Shown piece after piece: positions 40,450 to 49,561 of a stretch of 64,000 nt of DNA (within the stretch, counting starts at the first letter, position 1; every line of letters begins with the position of its first letter). The position numbers were made by a program, and so were the translations under genes. Source of the stretch: an uncultured delta proteobacterium (GTDB taxonomy: Bacteria > Desulfobacterota > Desulfobacteria > Desulfobacterales > JAFDCJ01); contig CAVYNY010000016.1 in assembly GCA_963769935.1 (NCBI GenBank), forward strand, positions 1 through 64,000, in the 5' to 3' direction. Below the pieces are notes generated by a model. The model saw nothing but the letters and a program-made list of their open reading frames with translations, was not told where the DNA came from and did not search any database.

Positions 40450-43119
40450 ATGATTATTACCTGTGAAGAGTGCAATTCAAGCTTCAATGTTAGCGACAGT
40501 CTGATAAAAGAGAGTGGTTCCAAAGTTAGATGTTCAAAATGTGACAACGTTTTTGTGGCATATCCGCAACTGTCTGACGATGAGTTGGCACTCGAGGCCG
40601 ATGAACCATTGCCGGGGCAGAATGAAAATCTGGAGTTGGAAGATCTTGATTCTGCACTCGGTGATTTTTTAAACGAAGATAAAGAAGATGATGAAGAAAC
40701 TGAAGCGCCGACGGCGTATTCCGCAACCGAGGAAATCGAACTTGATTTAGATGACTTTGATAACACTCCGGAACCGGAGTCGAAAAATGCATTGCAGGAG
40801 ACCGACGGCGAACTGGAACTGGATCTGGATTTTGACCAGGACGACGACTCCGGTCCGGTGCTGAGCCAAGAGGAAGCAGCCGGCGATGAGCTGCCGGATC
40901 TGGGTGATCTCGAGGACCTCGATGATATCGAGGATATCGAGGATCTGGGCGCGCTTGATGAGGCAGGATTGACCGAGGAAGAGAATGATTCCGGTTTTGA
41001 AGACCTCGAGCTTGAAATGGAAAACGAAGCCGGCGGCGAATCAGAAGACGGCGAGCTTGAACTGGAAGAAGAGGGCGGGTTGGATCTTACCGGCCTGGGA
41101 CTCGAAGAAGAAGACTTATCAACATTGGAGAAGCAGCCGGCGGCAGAATCTGAGGAGTCGGATCTTGGGCTGGATCTTGAACTGGACACCGCGGATCAGA
41201 ATGGCCGGGAGGATGCCGGGGCGGATTTGGAAGTGGAAGATGCCGATGAACTGGACCTTACGGATTTGGAGCTGGCTATCGATAATGAAGCCGATACCGC
41301 AGCTGCCGGGAAACCCGAATCCGAAAATTCGGCCCTTGCCCGGAAAGCCGAACACCCTCTCGGTATCGAAGATTCGGATGCCGGTCTGGAAATGGAAGAA
41401 GCCGATGAGCTTGATTTATCGGATTTCGAGCTTGACATGGAAGATGACACTGTATCCGAAGAAGCCTCGGCCGCCGGATCGGATGATTTGGATTTCGACC
41501 TTGACTTGGATTTCGAATCCGAAGCCGGCGCAGACGGTAGGGATGCTGAAACAGAAACGGCAGAATCAGATGCGGATGAACTCGACCTTTCCGACCTTTC
41601 GGATATAATGGATGAAGCGGCCGCGCCGACGGCTGATTCTCAGCCGGATGAATTGAACCTTGAATTGGAACTTGAATCCGACGGACGGACAGCTGAAGAG
41701 GCGACCGCCATGACTGACAATTCAGAAGGCGTCGACGAGCTGGATCTCTCAGATTTGGGCGATTTCATGGAAACCGGTGAGACGCCTGCAAAACAGACCG
41801 CCGCAGAGGATACGGTGCAGGACCTTGAGCTGGATCTCGATCTTGATATGGCGGAGAGCCCCTCTGCAGCCGATGCCGCTGCCAATGCCGGCGATGAGTT
41901 GGACTTTTCAGATCTGGAACAGTTGCTGGAATCCGATGAGACGCCCACGGTTGAAGCTGCTGACAATAAAAATACCGATGAGCTCGAACTTCAGTTCGAT
42001 CTCGATGAATCTTCCGGCGGCGAACCTGCAGCGGCTGCCGGTCAGGATGGTGAAGCCGCCCAAGAGGATGACTTTTTAGATATCGAGCAGATGCTGGAGG
42101 AAGGCGAGGCCACGACCTCTGAGCAGCCATCTGACTATGCGGCCGATATAACGGACTTGCCCCTGGAAATGGAAGCCGCACTCGATGATGCCTCAAAAGG
42201 GGCTGAAGCCGAACTCGAGCTGGATTTTGACCTGGAAAGCGAGCTCCAGGAAAAAGAGGATATGTTTGACAGGGGTCCGTCAGACGATCAACAGCTGGAA
42301 TCAAATTTGCTGGCATCCGATGAAGTCGATTTTCTAGAAGAGGCCGGAATCCAGGAGACGCAATTTCAGGATGGGCCCGAAACGAGCGTTGTCGGCACTG
42401 ATGATTTTGCCTCGGATGAGCTTGGTGCAACGCAGGGTGCCTACGGCGCCACTCACGTGCTGCCCGCTGCCGGAGATGATTCGGCGGCGGAAGCAGAAGA
42501 ATTTTATGAAGAGGAGCCGCCGCTGCGCAGATCCGGTGGTCGGTCGAAAAAGCCGGTACTCGTCGTATTGTTGCTTCTGGTTTTGGGAGTGGGTGTAATT
42601 ATTGTTCCCAATATGCTGGGAATAAAAATTCCCTATATTAGTGATATCAAAATTCCCTACCTCAGCGACCTGCAGGTCAAGATTCCCTATTTGAGCGATT
42701 GGCTGAATCCCGAGGGACAGGATGTCGCCGGCAACCTGAAACTCATCCCCCTGGGAAACACGATCAACGGAAAGTTTGTTGCCAACTCCCGGATCGGTCA
42801 GATCTTTGTCATTCAGGGCGAAATCAGAAATGACTATGATCACCCGCGCAGTCATATCAAAGTAACCGGCAAACTTTTTCAAAAAGGGAATAAAATGGCC
42901 CAAAAGGCCACCGTCTACTGCGGCAATGTGCTCTCCGATTCAGAGCTGGCTGCCATGGATATGACGACCATCCGGAAAAGATTGATGAATCCAGCCGGCG
43001 ATAGGAGAATCGACCTGAAAGTCAAAACCGGAAATATGGTCCCTTTTATGATCGTGTTTGACCATCTTCCGGGCAATCTTGACGAATTCAGCGTTGAAGT
43101 GGCGGGATCCTCAATTTAA
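40450..43119 (+). CDS. MJ0042-type zinc-ribbon protein with long acidic linker, TM helix and DUF3426-like C-terminus
   Basis: MIITCEEC...VRCSKCDNVF; ~650 aa D/E-rich; TM PVLVVLLLLVLGVGV; FVIQGEIRN...YCGN...VPFMIVF. Confidence 0.85.
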   Translation: MIITCEECNSSFNVSDSLIKESGSKVRCSKCDNVFVAYPQLSDDELALEADEPLPGQNENLELEDLDSALGDFLNEDKEDDEETEAPTAYSATEEIELDLDDFDNTPEPESKNALQETDGELELDLDFDQDDDSGPVLSQEEAAGDELPDLGDLEDLDDIEDIEDLGALDEAGLTEEENDSGFEDLELEMENEAGGESEDGELELEEEGGLDLTGLGLEEEDLSTLEKQPAAESEESDLGLDLELDTADQNGREDAGADLEVEDADELDLTDLELAIDNEADTAAAGKPESENSALARKAEHPLGIEDSDAGLEMEEADELDLSDFELDMEDDTVSEEASAAGSDDLDFDLDLDFESEAGADGRDAETETAESDADELDLSDLSDIMDEAAAPTADSQPDELNLELELESDGRTAEEATAMTDNSEGVDELDLSDLGDFMETGETPAKQTAAEDTVQDLELDLDLDMAESPSAADAAANAGDELDFSDLEQLLESDETPTVEAADNKNTDELELQFDLDESSGGEPAAAAGQDGEAAQEDDFLDIEQMLEEGEATTSEQPSDYAADITDLPLEMEAALDDASKGAEAELELDFDLESELQEKEDMFDRGPSDDQQLESNLLASDEVDFLEEAGIQETQFQDGPETSVVGTDDFASDELGATQGAYGATHVLPAAGDDSAAEAEEFYEEEPPLRRSGGRSKKPVLVVLLLLVLGVGVIIVPNMLGIKIPYISDIKIPYLSDLQVKIPYLSDWLNPEGQDVAGNLKLIPLGNTINGKFVANSRIGQIFVIQGEIRNDYDHPRSHIKVTGKLFQKGNKMAQKATVYCGNVLSDSELAAMDMTTIRKRLMNPAGDRRIDLKVKTGNMVPFMIVFDHLPGNLDEFSVEVAGSSI

Positions 43120-43412
43120 GTATTGAATATTTTCGACTGAATATTGAATACTTAGTTGTGGTTACAACTCGTCGTATTCAGATTTAATTAAACCCATTGG
43201 CCCCGCGCAATGCTTTCCGGTTTCGGCGGGGTCTCTTTTTTTCTAAATTGAGCGTTCTAAATTTAAAAGAAGAAAGACCTGAGCTGAACGATTACGATAC
43301 GAACATTGGAACATTAGTCGAGATAGATATTTAGCTTTTTCGACTTGACTTGGAGCCACTAAGTTGGTAGATAGTCGGCCTGCTGGAAAATGCCGGCGTT
43401 GGTCGAACATGT

Positions 43413-43489
43413 GGCGATGTAGCTCAGGTGGTCAGAGCATGCGGCTCATATCCGCAGTGTCCGGGGTTCAAATCCCTGCATCGCCACCA
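43413..43489 (+). tRNA. tRNA-Met (CAT), elongator-like
   Basis: GGCGATG/CATCGCC acceptor stem, TGCGG-CTCATAT-CCGCA anticodon arm, GTTCAAATC T-loop, CCA end. Confidence 0.95.
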
Positions 43490-43592
43490 TACAATAATAA
43501 AATCAATAAGTTACAGGCGAAAATCATAGAGTTTTAGCTCACTGGGTCACCTTAATGGGTCACCGGATGACCCTCCAGAGGAGCTAAAATCT

Positions 43593-44033
43593 ATGAGAAA
43601 CTCCACAAGAAACGGATCACCTTCCTACCTCATTCAGACCCCCTATGGCTATCATTTCCGGTTTAAAATCCCGAAAGACCTAAAGCCTCACCTCGACAAC
43701 AAACAGGAATTGCGGTACTCTCTGAAGACAGGCTCAATATGTGAAGCTAAAGAGAGGGCCCGGTTGCTGGCGGGAAAAATTCAGAAACTGTTTCGGAAAC
43801 CCAAAACAGAAGGAAACTTTATGAGTTCAGACTTCAGCGAGAATAAAGTTTACAGTCTCATCCGGGAATATCTGACCGAAGTCCTGGAGGATGACGAAAA
43901 AGAAAGGGTAATGTCCGAGGTACCGGTACCTTATGAAGTCCATAAGGAGCAGGTTAGCGAGTACGATTCGACAACCGAAATATTCAAGATGCAATTAGCT
44001 TTGGGCGATTATTCCAGCAGTATGACTGTGTAA
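43593..44033 (+). pseudogene. N-terminal remnant of an integrase (DUF6538-like domain)
   Basis: YHFRFKIPKDL...ELRYSLKTGSICEAKERARLLA directly after the tRNA; no catalytic domain. Confidence 0.7.
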
Positions 44034-44174
44034 AATTATTCACAATTTTTTGTAAAATACTTCTCAAAGTGCACTTCCCTTTCTAAAATATAGCGCTCTT
44101 ATCTTATTTCTTCATTTAATTTAACTACTTAATATTAATGGTATTATTCCATAACTTTATTGTTTAAATTTAAA

Positions 44175-44190
44175 TGGTACAAATTTTGCT
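44175..44190 (+). promoter_or_regulatory. Sigma-54 promoter for PEP-CTERM gene
   Basis: TGGTACAAATTTTGCT ~60 nt upstream of start. Confidence 0.7.
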
Positions 44191-44251
44191 TAATTAGTAC
44201 AAGACAAGTCTGAGAACCTTTCACGGATAGAATAACCTAATTTTTAGGAGA

Positions 44252-44557
44252 ATGGAAATGACCTGGTCAAGGCTGAAAATTCTATTTTGCGTAGCGGTGA
44301 GCCTCACCTTTTTGATGGCACCATGTGCACTTAATTTTGATGCAGGGGGAAAAGTTTACGCCATGGGAGGCGGCGCTGGCAAAGGAAGTCGTAACCCTGC
44401 AGTTTCAACTCAAAGGATGAAGACAAATTATGTAATGAATGAAGAAAATGGTGGTAATACTCAAATACCAGCTCCTGTCCCAGAGCCGGCAACAATCTTA
44501 TTAGTGAGTGCCGGTTTAGGAGGCCTCGCAATTTTTAGAAAGAAATTTAAAAAGTAA
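44252..44557 (+). CDS. Small PEP-CTERM sorting-domain protein
   Basis: Signal peptide; PVPEPATILLVSAGLGGLAIFRKKFKK; AGGAG RBS. Confidence 0.9.
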   Translation: MEMTWSRLKILFCVAVSLTFLMAPCALNFDAGGKVYAMGGGAGKGSRNPAVSTQRMKTNYVMNEENGGNTQIPAPVPEPATILLVSAGLGGLAIFRKKFKK

Positions 44558-44583
44558 ATTTTGATGATAGTAAGATACATTTT

Positions 44584-44634
44584 ATGCCACGAAATTTACA
44601 AGCAATTCTGGCAAATTCGTGGCATATTTTTTTT
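44584..44634 (+). terminator. Rho-independent terminator
   Basis: TATGCCACGAA...TTCGTGGCATA followed by a T run. Confidence 0.65.
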
Positions 44635-44792
44635 GGGCTTATAGGAGCAGAAAATAAAAAAATCTGAGAAATCAAATCAGAAGCTCCTATTTCTGTGGGA
44701 TTTTAACCCTGTTTATATAACGGATAAGGCTATAAAAACATTTGATAATGGTGCTAAAATATTTGGAATCAATCCCGACGACAGGGGGTTTT

Positions 44793-46304
44793 TTATTTTG
44801 GTTGAACCGGGAAAATTTTTTCGGCTTCCAGGAAATGCTGACCGATGTCGCGCCTCAAATCCAGTCGATTGCCGTGCGGGTCTTCACGGGGCGCTACTCT
44901 AATCTTGCCGTTGTCAAAGGCCGCCAGCAGTTTGTTGCGGAACCGTTCGGCAACCTCCCCCCGGTTTTGATCGGGCTTGACGGTGACATTCGCGTTTAGA
45001 TAGGCAACCCGGGTGCCGTCGGATTTGAAGCCGCCGTCCTCCGATGCGCAAATCATGGCGGACGGGATCACCTGAATGCCTTTGCGCTGCATATACTTGA
45101 AATCAATTTCAACCGGTTCTCCCCGGGTGCACGACCAGGGGTAGCCTTTTTGTCCGTCCGGACCACCCGGGCCGGTAACCAAAGCCGCACACAGGGCCAG
45201 TTGATCCGTTCTCACTTCCGGCTCGATTTCCTTTAAATTACCTTCCAGAGTTGCCTGGAGGAGCGCACCCAAATTTCTCAGCCGACGAACGACCGGCTGC
45301 GCTTCAGGTTCGCCGGGACGGATGTTTATTTCAGACACCCGGATGGCGGTCGGACGCCCGGCGCCGTCCAGGGAAACAAAGCAGCCCGGATATAGAACGC
45401 ATGGCCGCAGTATTCCCCGTGCTTTCATCATCCTGATTAAAGGCCCGGCAATCACGTCACCCGCCATCTCCATCAATATGGGCGATTCCAGCGGGTGGGG
45501 TGAAACCGCTCCCATGCCGCCGGTAATCGGATTGTTTTTGCCGGCCGGCCCCTCGAAGCGTTCCGGATAATCCATGGCGGTGGGCAAAATCTGAAAACTC
45601 CCGTTTCCGTCGACCAACAGAGTAAATGTAATTTCCACACCCGACATCAGGGATTCAATCAAAAGCGGCCAGCGCCCTTTGCTGCCGAACATCTTTTTAT
45701 AGCTGTCTTTGTAATCTTTGATCAGGGTATCATAAACTTGTCTGATTTCCCAGGAATTCAAAATCAGGCGGGCCCCTTTGCCACCGGCACTGTATGGATA
45801 TTTCAGCACGACACCGCCATAGGTATGGATGTACTTCAAGCACGCCGGCAATAAACTCTTATAATCCCTGGCATCCACGTCGGTCCAGGAATCGGCGACC
45901 GGAATGCCGGCCTCACGGCATAGTTTTTTGCATTCAATTTTATCACCTTCGATAAAGGCGCCGGATTTGGCCAAACCGATGATATGATCACCGAAGCCGG
46001 CCTGCTCAACGGCATCCACCAGGCCTTCAAACAGAAGCGCTTCCGGCATGGGTATGACATAATCGACAACGCCCGCTTTCAGAGCTGTAATAATGGCAGT
46101 CGTGTAGTCTGCAACCGAGTTGGTTGCCGTCGCAACAAACTCCACCGGCCAATTCATGATCTCACAAAATTTCGGCATTGAAGGCGTTCCCCGGATGACA
46201 ACGCCTTTAAATTCTTCTTTGTATGTTTCGCTGGTCGCGGTGGCGGTCACCAGCGCACTCAACAAGGTTCTGCCATCGGTTCCGGCAAATGCTATTTTTT
46301 TCAT
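44793..46304 (-). CDS. purD: Divergent phosphoribosylamine-glycine ligase (GARS) ATP-grasp protein
   Basis: PMPEALLFEGLVD, FIEGDKIECKKL, VLKYPYSAGGKG, DYPERFEG...TGGMGAVSP, EINIRPGEPEAQPV. Confidence 0.65.
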   Translation of the reverse strand: MKKIAFAGTDGRTLLSALVTATATSETYKEEFKGVVIRGTPSMPKFCEIMNWPVEFVATATNSVADYTTAIITALKAGVVDYVIPMPEALLFEGLVDAVEQAGFGDHIIGLAKSGAFIEGDKIECKKLCREAGIPVADSWTDVDARDYKSLLPACLKYIHTYGGVVLKYPYSAGGKGARLILNSWEIRQVYDTLIKDYKDSYKKMFGSKGRWPLLIESLMSGVEITFTLLVDGNGSFQILPTAMDYPERFEGPAGKNNPITGGMGAVSPHPLESPILMEMAGDVIAGPLIRMMKARGILRPCVLYPGCFVSLDGAGRPTAIRVSEINIRPGEPEAQPVVRRLRNLGALLQATLEGNLKEIEPEVRTDQLALCAALVTGPGGPDGQKGYPWSCTRGEPVEIDFKYMQRKGIQVIPSAMICASEDGGFKSDGTRVAYLNANVTVKPDQNRGEVAERFRNKLLAAFDNGKIRVAPREDPHGNRLDLRRDIGQHFLEAEKIFPVQPK

Positions 46305-46623
46305 GCAGACTTTCCTTCCACAACAGTCAATCTTCAATCTTCAATGGATGGTGGTCCATCTCCTTATCAAATTGTTGCCGCCCGGGTCAAATACAAGTTT
46401 GAAATCTCCCAAGATCAACCGCCGGAGGCCGGCAGGGCTCCAAGGACTGGTGAGAAAGAGCTGAAATCCCCCCCCTAATATTTTCCAATTTTAATAGATC
46501 ATAAAATATGATATAAATTATTTATATAAACTTGAGGAGATACTTCAGGATTCAGGGATGAAAATCGGATCATTTCCTGACTCTCAATCTGCCATCCGAA
46601 TTCTGAAATCCGCAATCAAACCG

Positions 46624-47007
46624 ATGTTACCGGGATTCAATAAAATCGTAGAAGAACGTATTCGCATGGCCCAGAAAAGGGGGCAATTCAAAAATCTGGC
46701 AGGATCGGGCAAACCTCTCGTCCTGGAAGATGACAGCCATATCGCGGAAGAGCTGCGGTTGGCCTATAAAATTTTAAAAAATGCAGACTGCCTGCCGCCC
46801 GAAGTGGAGTTAAAAAAAGAGATAGAGCGCACGGAAGAACTGCTGGGCGGCATGGGGGACACTGCCGAAAAATATCGCACCTTAAAAAAATTAAATTTTC
46901 TTATCATGAAGTTAAATTCCCTGCGCAACACCTCAATAGAATTTGAAGTGCCCCAGCAATATTCGGCCAAGCTGGTGGAACATTTGGAGACGGCTAAAAA
47001 AAGATGA
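46624..47007 (+). CDS. DUF1992 (DnaJ-related) protein
   Basis: IVEERIRMAQKRGQFKNLAGSGKPL...ELRLAYKILKNADCLPPEVEL. Confidence 0.85.
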   Translation: MLPGFNKIVEERIRMAQKRGQFKNLAGSGKPLVLEDDSHIAEELRLAYKILKNADCLPPEVELKKEIERTEELLGGMGDTAEKYRTLKKLNFLIMKLNSLRNTSIEFEVPQQYSAKLVEHLETAKKR

Positions 47008-47083
47008 AAAATAGGAGTGAGGCAACTTAAAGGTTTCAGATAAAAGGCCGCTAAACGGCCTAACGAAAAGAAGGACAATTTCT

Positions 47084-48016
47084 ATGGAAAAACTCACAGT
47101 CGCACTTCTGGCCGGTGGGATCTCATCCGAACGTGAAGTATCACTGCACAGCGGCGAGCAGGTTTATGAAGCGCTGGATAAGAATAAATACAGCATCATA
47201 AAGTATGATCCTAAAACCGATCTGGCCCGGCTGATGCAGGATGCCTCCAAAATCGACATCGCCATGATCATTCTGCACGGACCCTATGGCGAGGATGGAA
47301 CGGTCCAGGGCCTGCTGGATCTGCTCGAAATTCCCTATCAGGGATCGGGTGTTCTGGGCAGTGCCCTTGCCATGAACAAAGTTGTCACCAAACAGCTTTA
47401 TGAAAGGGCCGGTCTGCCCGTGCCGCCTTATGTCGTATACGAAGGCCAGGAAGCGGTGGACGCGGCTGAATGTGTCTCGCAAATCGGTCTGCCCCTGGTT
47501 GTGAAGCCGGCGGCAGCCGGTTCCAGCGTCGGGATGTCGATTGTGAAGTCGGCCGCCGACCTGCAGCCTGCCATGGGCAAAGCACGTGAACATGACCCTG
47601 TCGTCCTGGTAGAATCGTTCATTGATGGGACCGAGCTTACCGGCGGGGTGATCGGCAACAATCAACTGGAAGCATTGCCGCTGATAGAAATAATCCCGGA
47701 CAAATCCCATGATTTTTTCGACTATGAAGCCAAGTACACGGCCGGCGCTAGCCAGGAAATTTGTCCCGCGCGCATCAATAAAGAATTGACGCGCAAAGCA
47801 CAAAATTACGCCAAAATTGCCCACCGCGCACTTTTTTGCAAGGGATACAGCCGAACCGATATGATTCTGAAAGATGATGAAGTCTATGTCCTGGAAACCA
47901 ACACGATTCCCGGAATGACTGCCACCAGCCTGTTTCCCCAGGCCGCACAAAAGGCCGGCATGAGTTTCAGCCAGGTTCTTGACAAACTCATCGAACTGGG
48001 TCTGGAGGGGCGTTAA
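47084..48016 (+). CDS. ddl: D-alanine--D-alanine ligase
   Basis: GGISSEREVSL, LHGPYGEDGTVQG, GSSVG, FDYEAKY, ETNTIPGMT. Confidence 0.97.
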   Translation: MEKLTVALLAGGISSEREVSLHSGEQVYEALDKNKYSIIKYDPKTDLARLMQDASKIDIAMIILHGPYGEDGTVQGLLDLLEIPYQGSGVLGSALAMNKVVTKQLYERAGLPVPPYVVYEGQEAVDAAECVSQIGLPLVVKPAAAGSSVGMSIVKSAADLQPAMGKAREHDPVVLVESFIDGTELTGGVIGNNQLEALPLIEIIPDKSHDFFDYEAKYTAGASQEICPARINKELTRKAQNYAKIAHRALFCKGYSRTDMILKDDEVYVLETNTIPGMTATSLFPQAAQKAGMSFSQVLDKLIELGLEGR

Positions 48017-48197
48017 GATTATTGAAGAGCGAATATCGTATCTTGAATATTTATGGATTTCAGCCTATCTAATTCCTCACCCCTTTGCGGAAAATATCAA
48101 AGAAGGGAAGAGATCGGCAACATCGACAACAAATAGTCGCTAAGCCTTTGTTAACCGCCTAAATAACAATCACTCATCTTAAAGGAGATCATGTCTG

Positions 48198-48734
48198 ATG
48201 GCCGGTGAAAATAATCGGAACGGCAGTGCCGGAGCGCCGCAGGTTGGAATCGTGATGGGAAGCGATTCCGACCTTGAAATCATGCAAGAAGCGGCAGCAG
48301 TATTGAAGAAGTTTCAAATCCCCTATGAAATGACCGTGGCCTCGGCCCACAGAACTCCGCAGCGGGCGGCCGAATTTGCCGGTTCCGCCCTGCAAAGAGG
48401 CTTAAAAGTGATCATCGCCGGTGCCGGTCATGCGGCCCATCTGGCCGGCGTGTTGGCCGCCCACACCTATCTGCCGGTGATCGGAGTTCCCATTGATTCT
48501 TCATGCCTGCAGGGACTGGATGCCCTGCTGGCAACCGTGCAGATGCCGCCGGGAATTCCGGTGGCAACCATGGCCATCGGCAAACCCGGTGCCCGCAATG
48601 CCGGCATTTTAGCGGCCCAAATCATCGCGACGGCCGACCCTGATCTTGGCCGAAAGCTCGCAGAATTTAAGCAGGAGATGGCCCGGCAGGTCGAGGCGAA
48701 GGCGAAGGCAGTTGAAAGCGAATTCGGGACCTAA
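48198..48734 (+). CDS. purE: N5-carboxyaminoimidazole ribonucleotide mutase
   Basis: VMGSDSD, SAHRTP, AGAGHAAHLAG, VQMPPGIPVAT. Confidence 0.97.
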   Translation: MAGENNRNGSAGAPQVGIVMGSDSDLEIMQEAAAVLKKFQIPYEMTVASAHRTPQRAAEFAGSALQRGLKVIIAGAGHAAHLAGVLAAHTYLPVIGVPIDSSCLQGLDALLATVQMPPGIPVATMAIGKPGARNAGILAAQIIATADPDLGRKLAEFKQEMARQVEAKAKAVESEFGT

Positions 48735-49362
48735 CATAATAAAAATAGCACCCGCCAACCCTGCCCCGGCAGCAATTAACAAAGCGGCCGCCATTGTCAA
48801 AGCGGGCGGAGTTATCGCGTTTCCCACCCGCTGTCTGTACGGTTTGGGCGCGGATGCTTTCAACACCGAGGCGGTCGAGCGGATATTCAGGATCAAGCAG
48901 CGCTCGTTCCACAATCCGATCCTGATACTGATTGACCAACTGAACCGTTTGGATCGGCTGGTTTCCGAGGTATCACCCGTGGCCGTTCGTATCATGGATC
49001 ATTTCTGGCCGGGCAGAATCACCCTGGTTTTCAGGGCCGGCGAGGCTGTGCCGAGTTATCTCACCGCCGGCACCGGCAAGATCGGAATCCGGCTGCCGGA
49101 TCAACCCGTGGCCGCGGCCCTGGTTAAAGCCCTGCAAACACCTCTAACCGGCACCAGTGCCAATCTTTCCGGCAGACCCGGTTGCCGTCGAATTGAGGAT
49201 CTGGAATTTCAAATTGCAGGTAAGCTGGATCTTATCCTGGATGCCGGCTCGCTGAAAGGCGGCCGCGGATCAACCGTGGTCGATGTGACAGCCGCTAAAC
49301 CGGAAATCCTGCGGGAAGGAGAAATATCCACCGCCGAAATTATGGATTTTATCTTCTTCTAA
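48712..49362 (+). CDS. tsaC: L-threonylcarbamoyladenylate synthase (YrdC/Sua5)
   Basis: IAFPTRCLYGLGAD, IKQR, FWPG, TSANLSG, STVVD; start approximate. Confidence 0.9.
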   Translation: MKANSGPNIIKIAPANPAPAAINKAAAIVKAGGVIAFPTRCLYGLGADAFNTEAVERIFRIKQRSFHNPILILIDQLNRLDRLVSEVSPVAVRIMDHFWPGRITLVFRAGEAVPSYLTAGTGKIGIRLPDQPVAAALVKALQTPLTGTSANLSGRPGCRRIEDLEFQIAGKLDLILDAGSLKGGRGSTVVDVTAAKPEILREGEISTAEIMDFIFF

Positions 49363-49473
49363 AAATCTTTGATGCTATTAGAAAAAATTTACTTGGCAAC
49401 TTCCAGCATAACGAATTCATATATTCATACGCCTTGACATTCCTGTCATTCTTGCATATAAAACCAGATCAAC

Positions 49474-49561
49474 GCCGGAGTGGTGAAATTGGTAGACGCG
49501 CTGGACTCAAAATCCAGTGGCCCTTGCGGCCGTGAGAGTTCAATTCTCTCCTCCGGCACCA
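49474..49561 (+). tRNA. tRNA-Leu (CAA)
   Basis: GCCGGAG/CTCCGGC acceptor stem, CTGGA-CTCAAAA-TCCAG anticodon arm, long variable arm, CCA end. Confidence 0.95.

Noticed and set aside
40443..42430. Ser-rich minus-strand ORFs
   Set aside because: Antisense shadows of the acidic plus-strand gene.
43490..44790. Intact prophage or integrative element at tRNA-Met
   Set aside because: Integrase lacks its catalytic domain, no phage genes, and no duplicated tRNA 3' end found.
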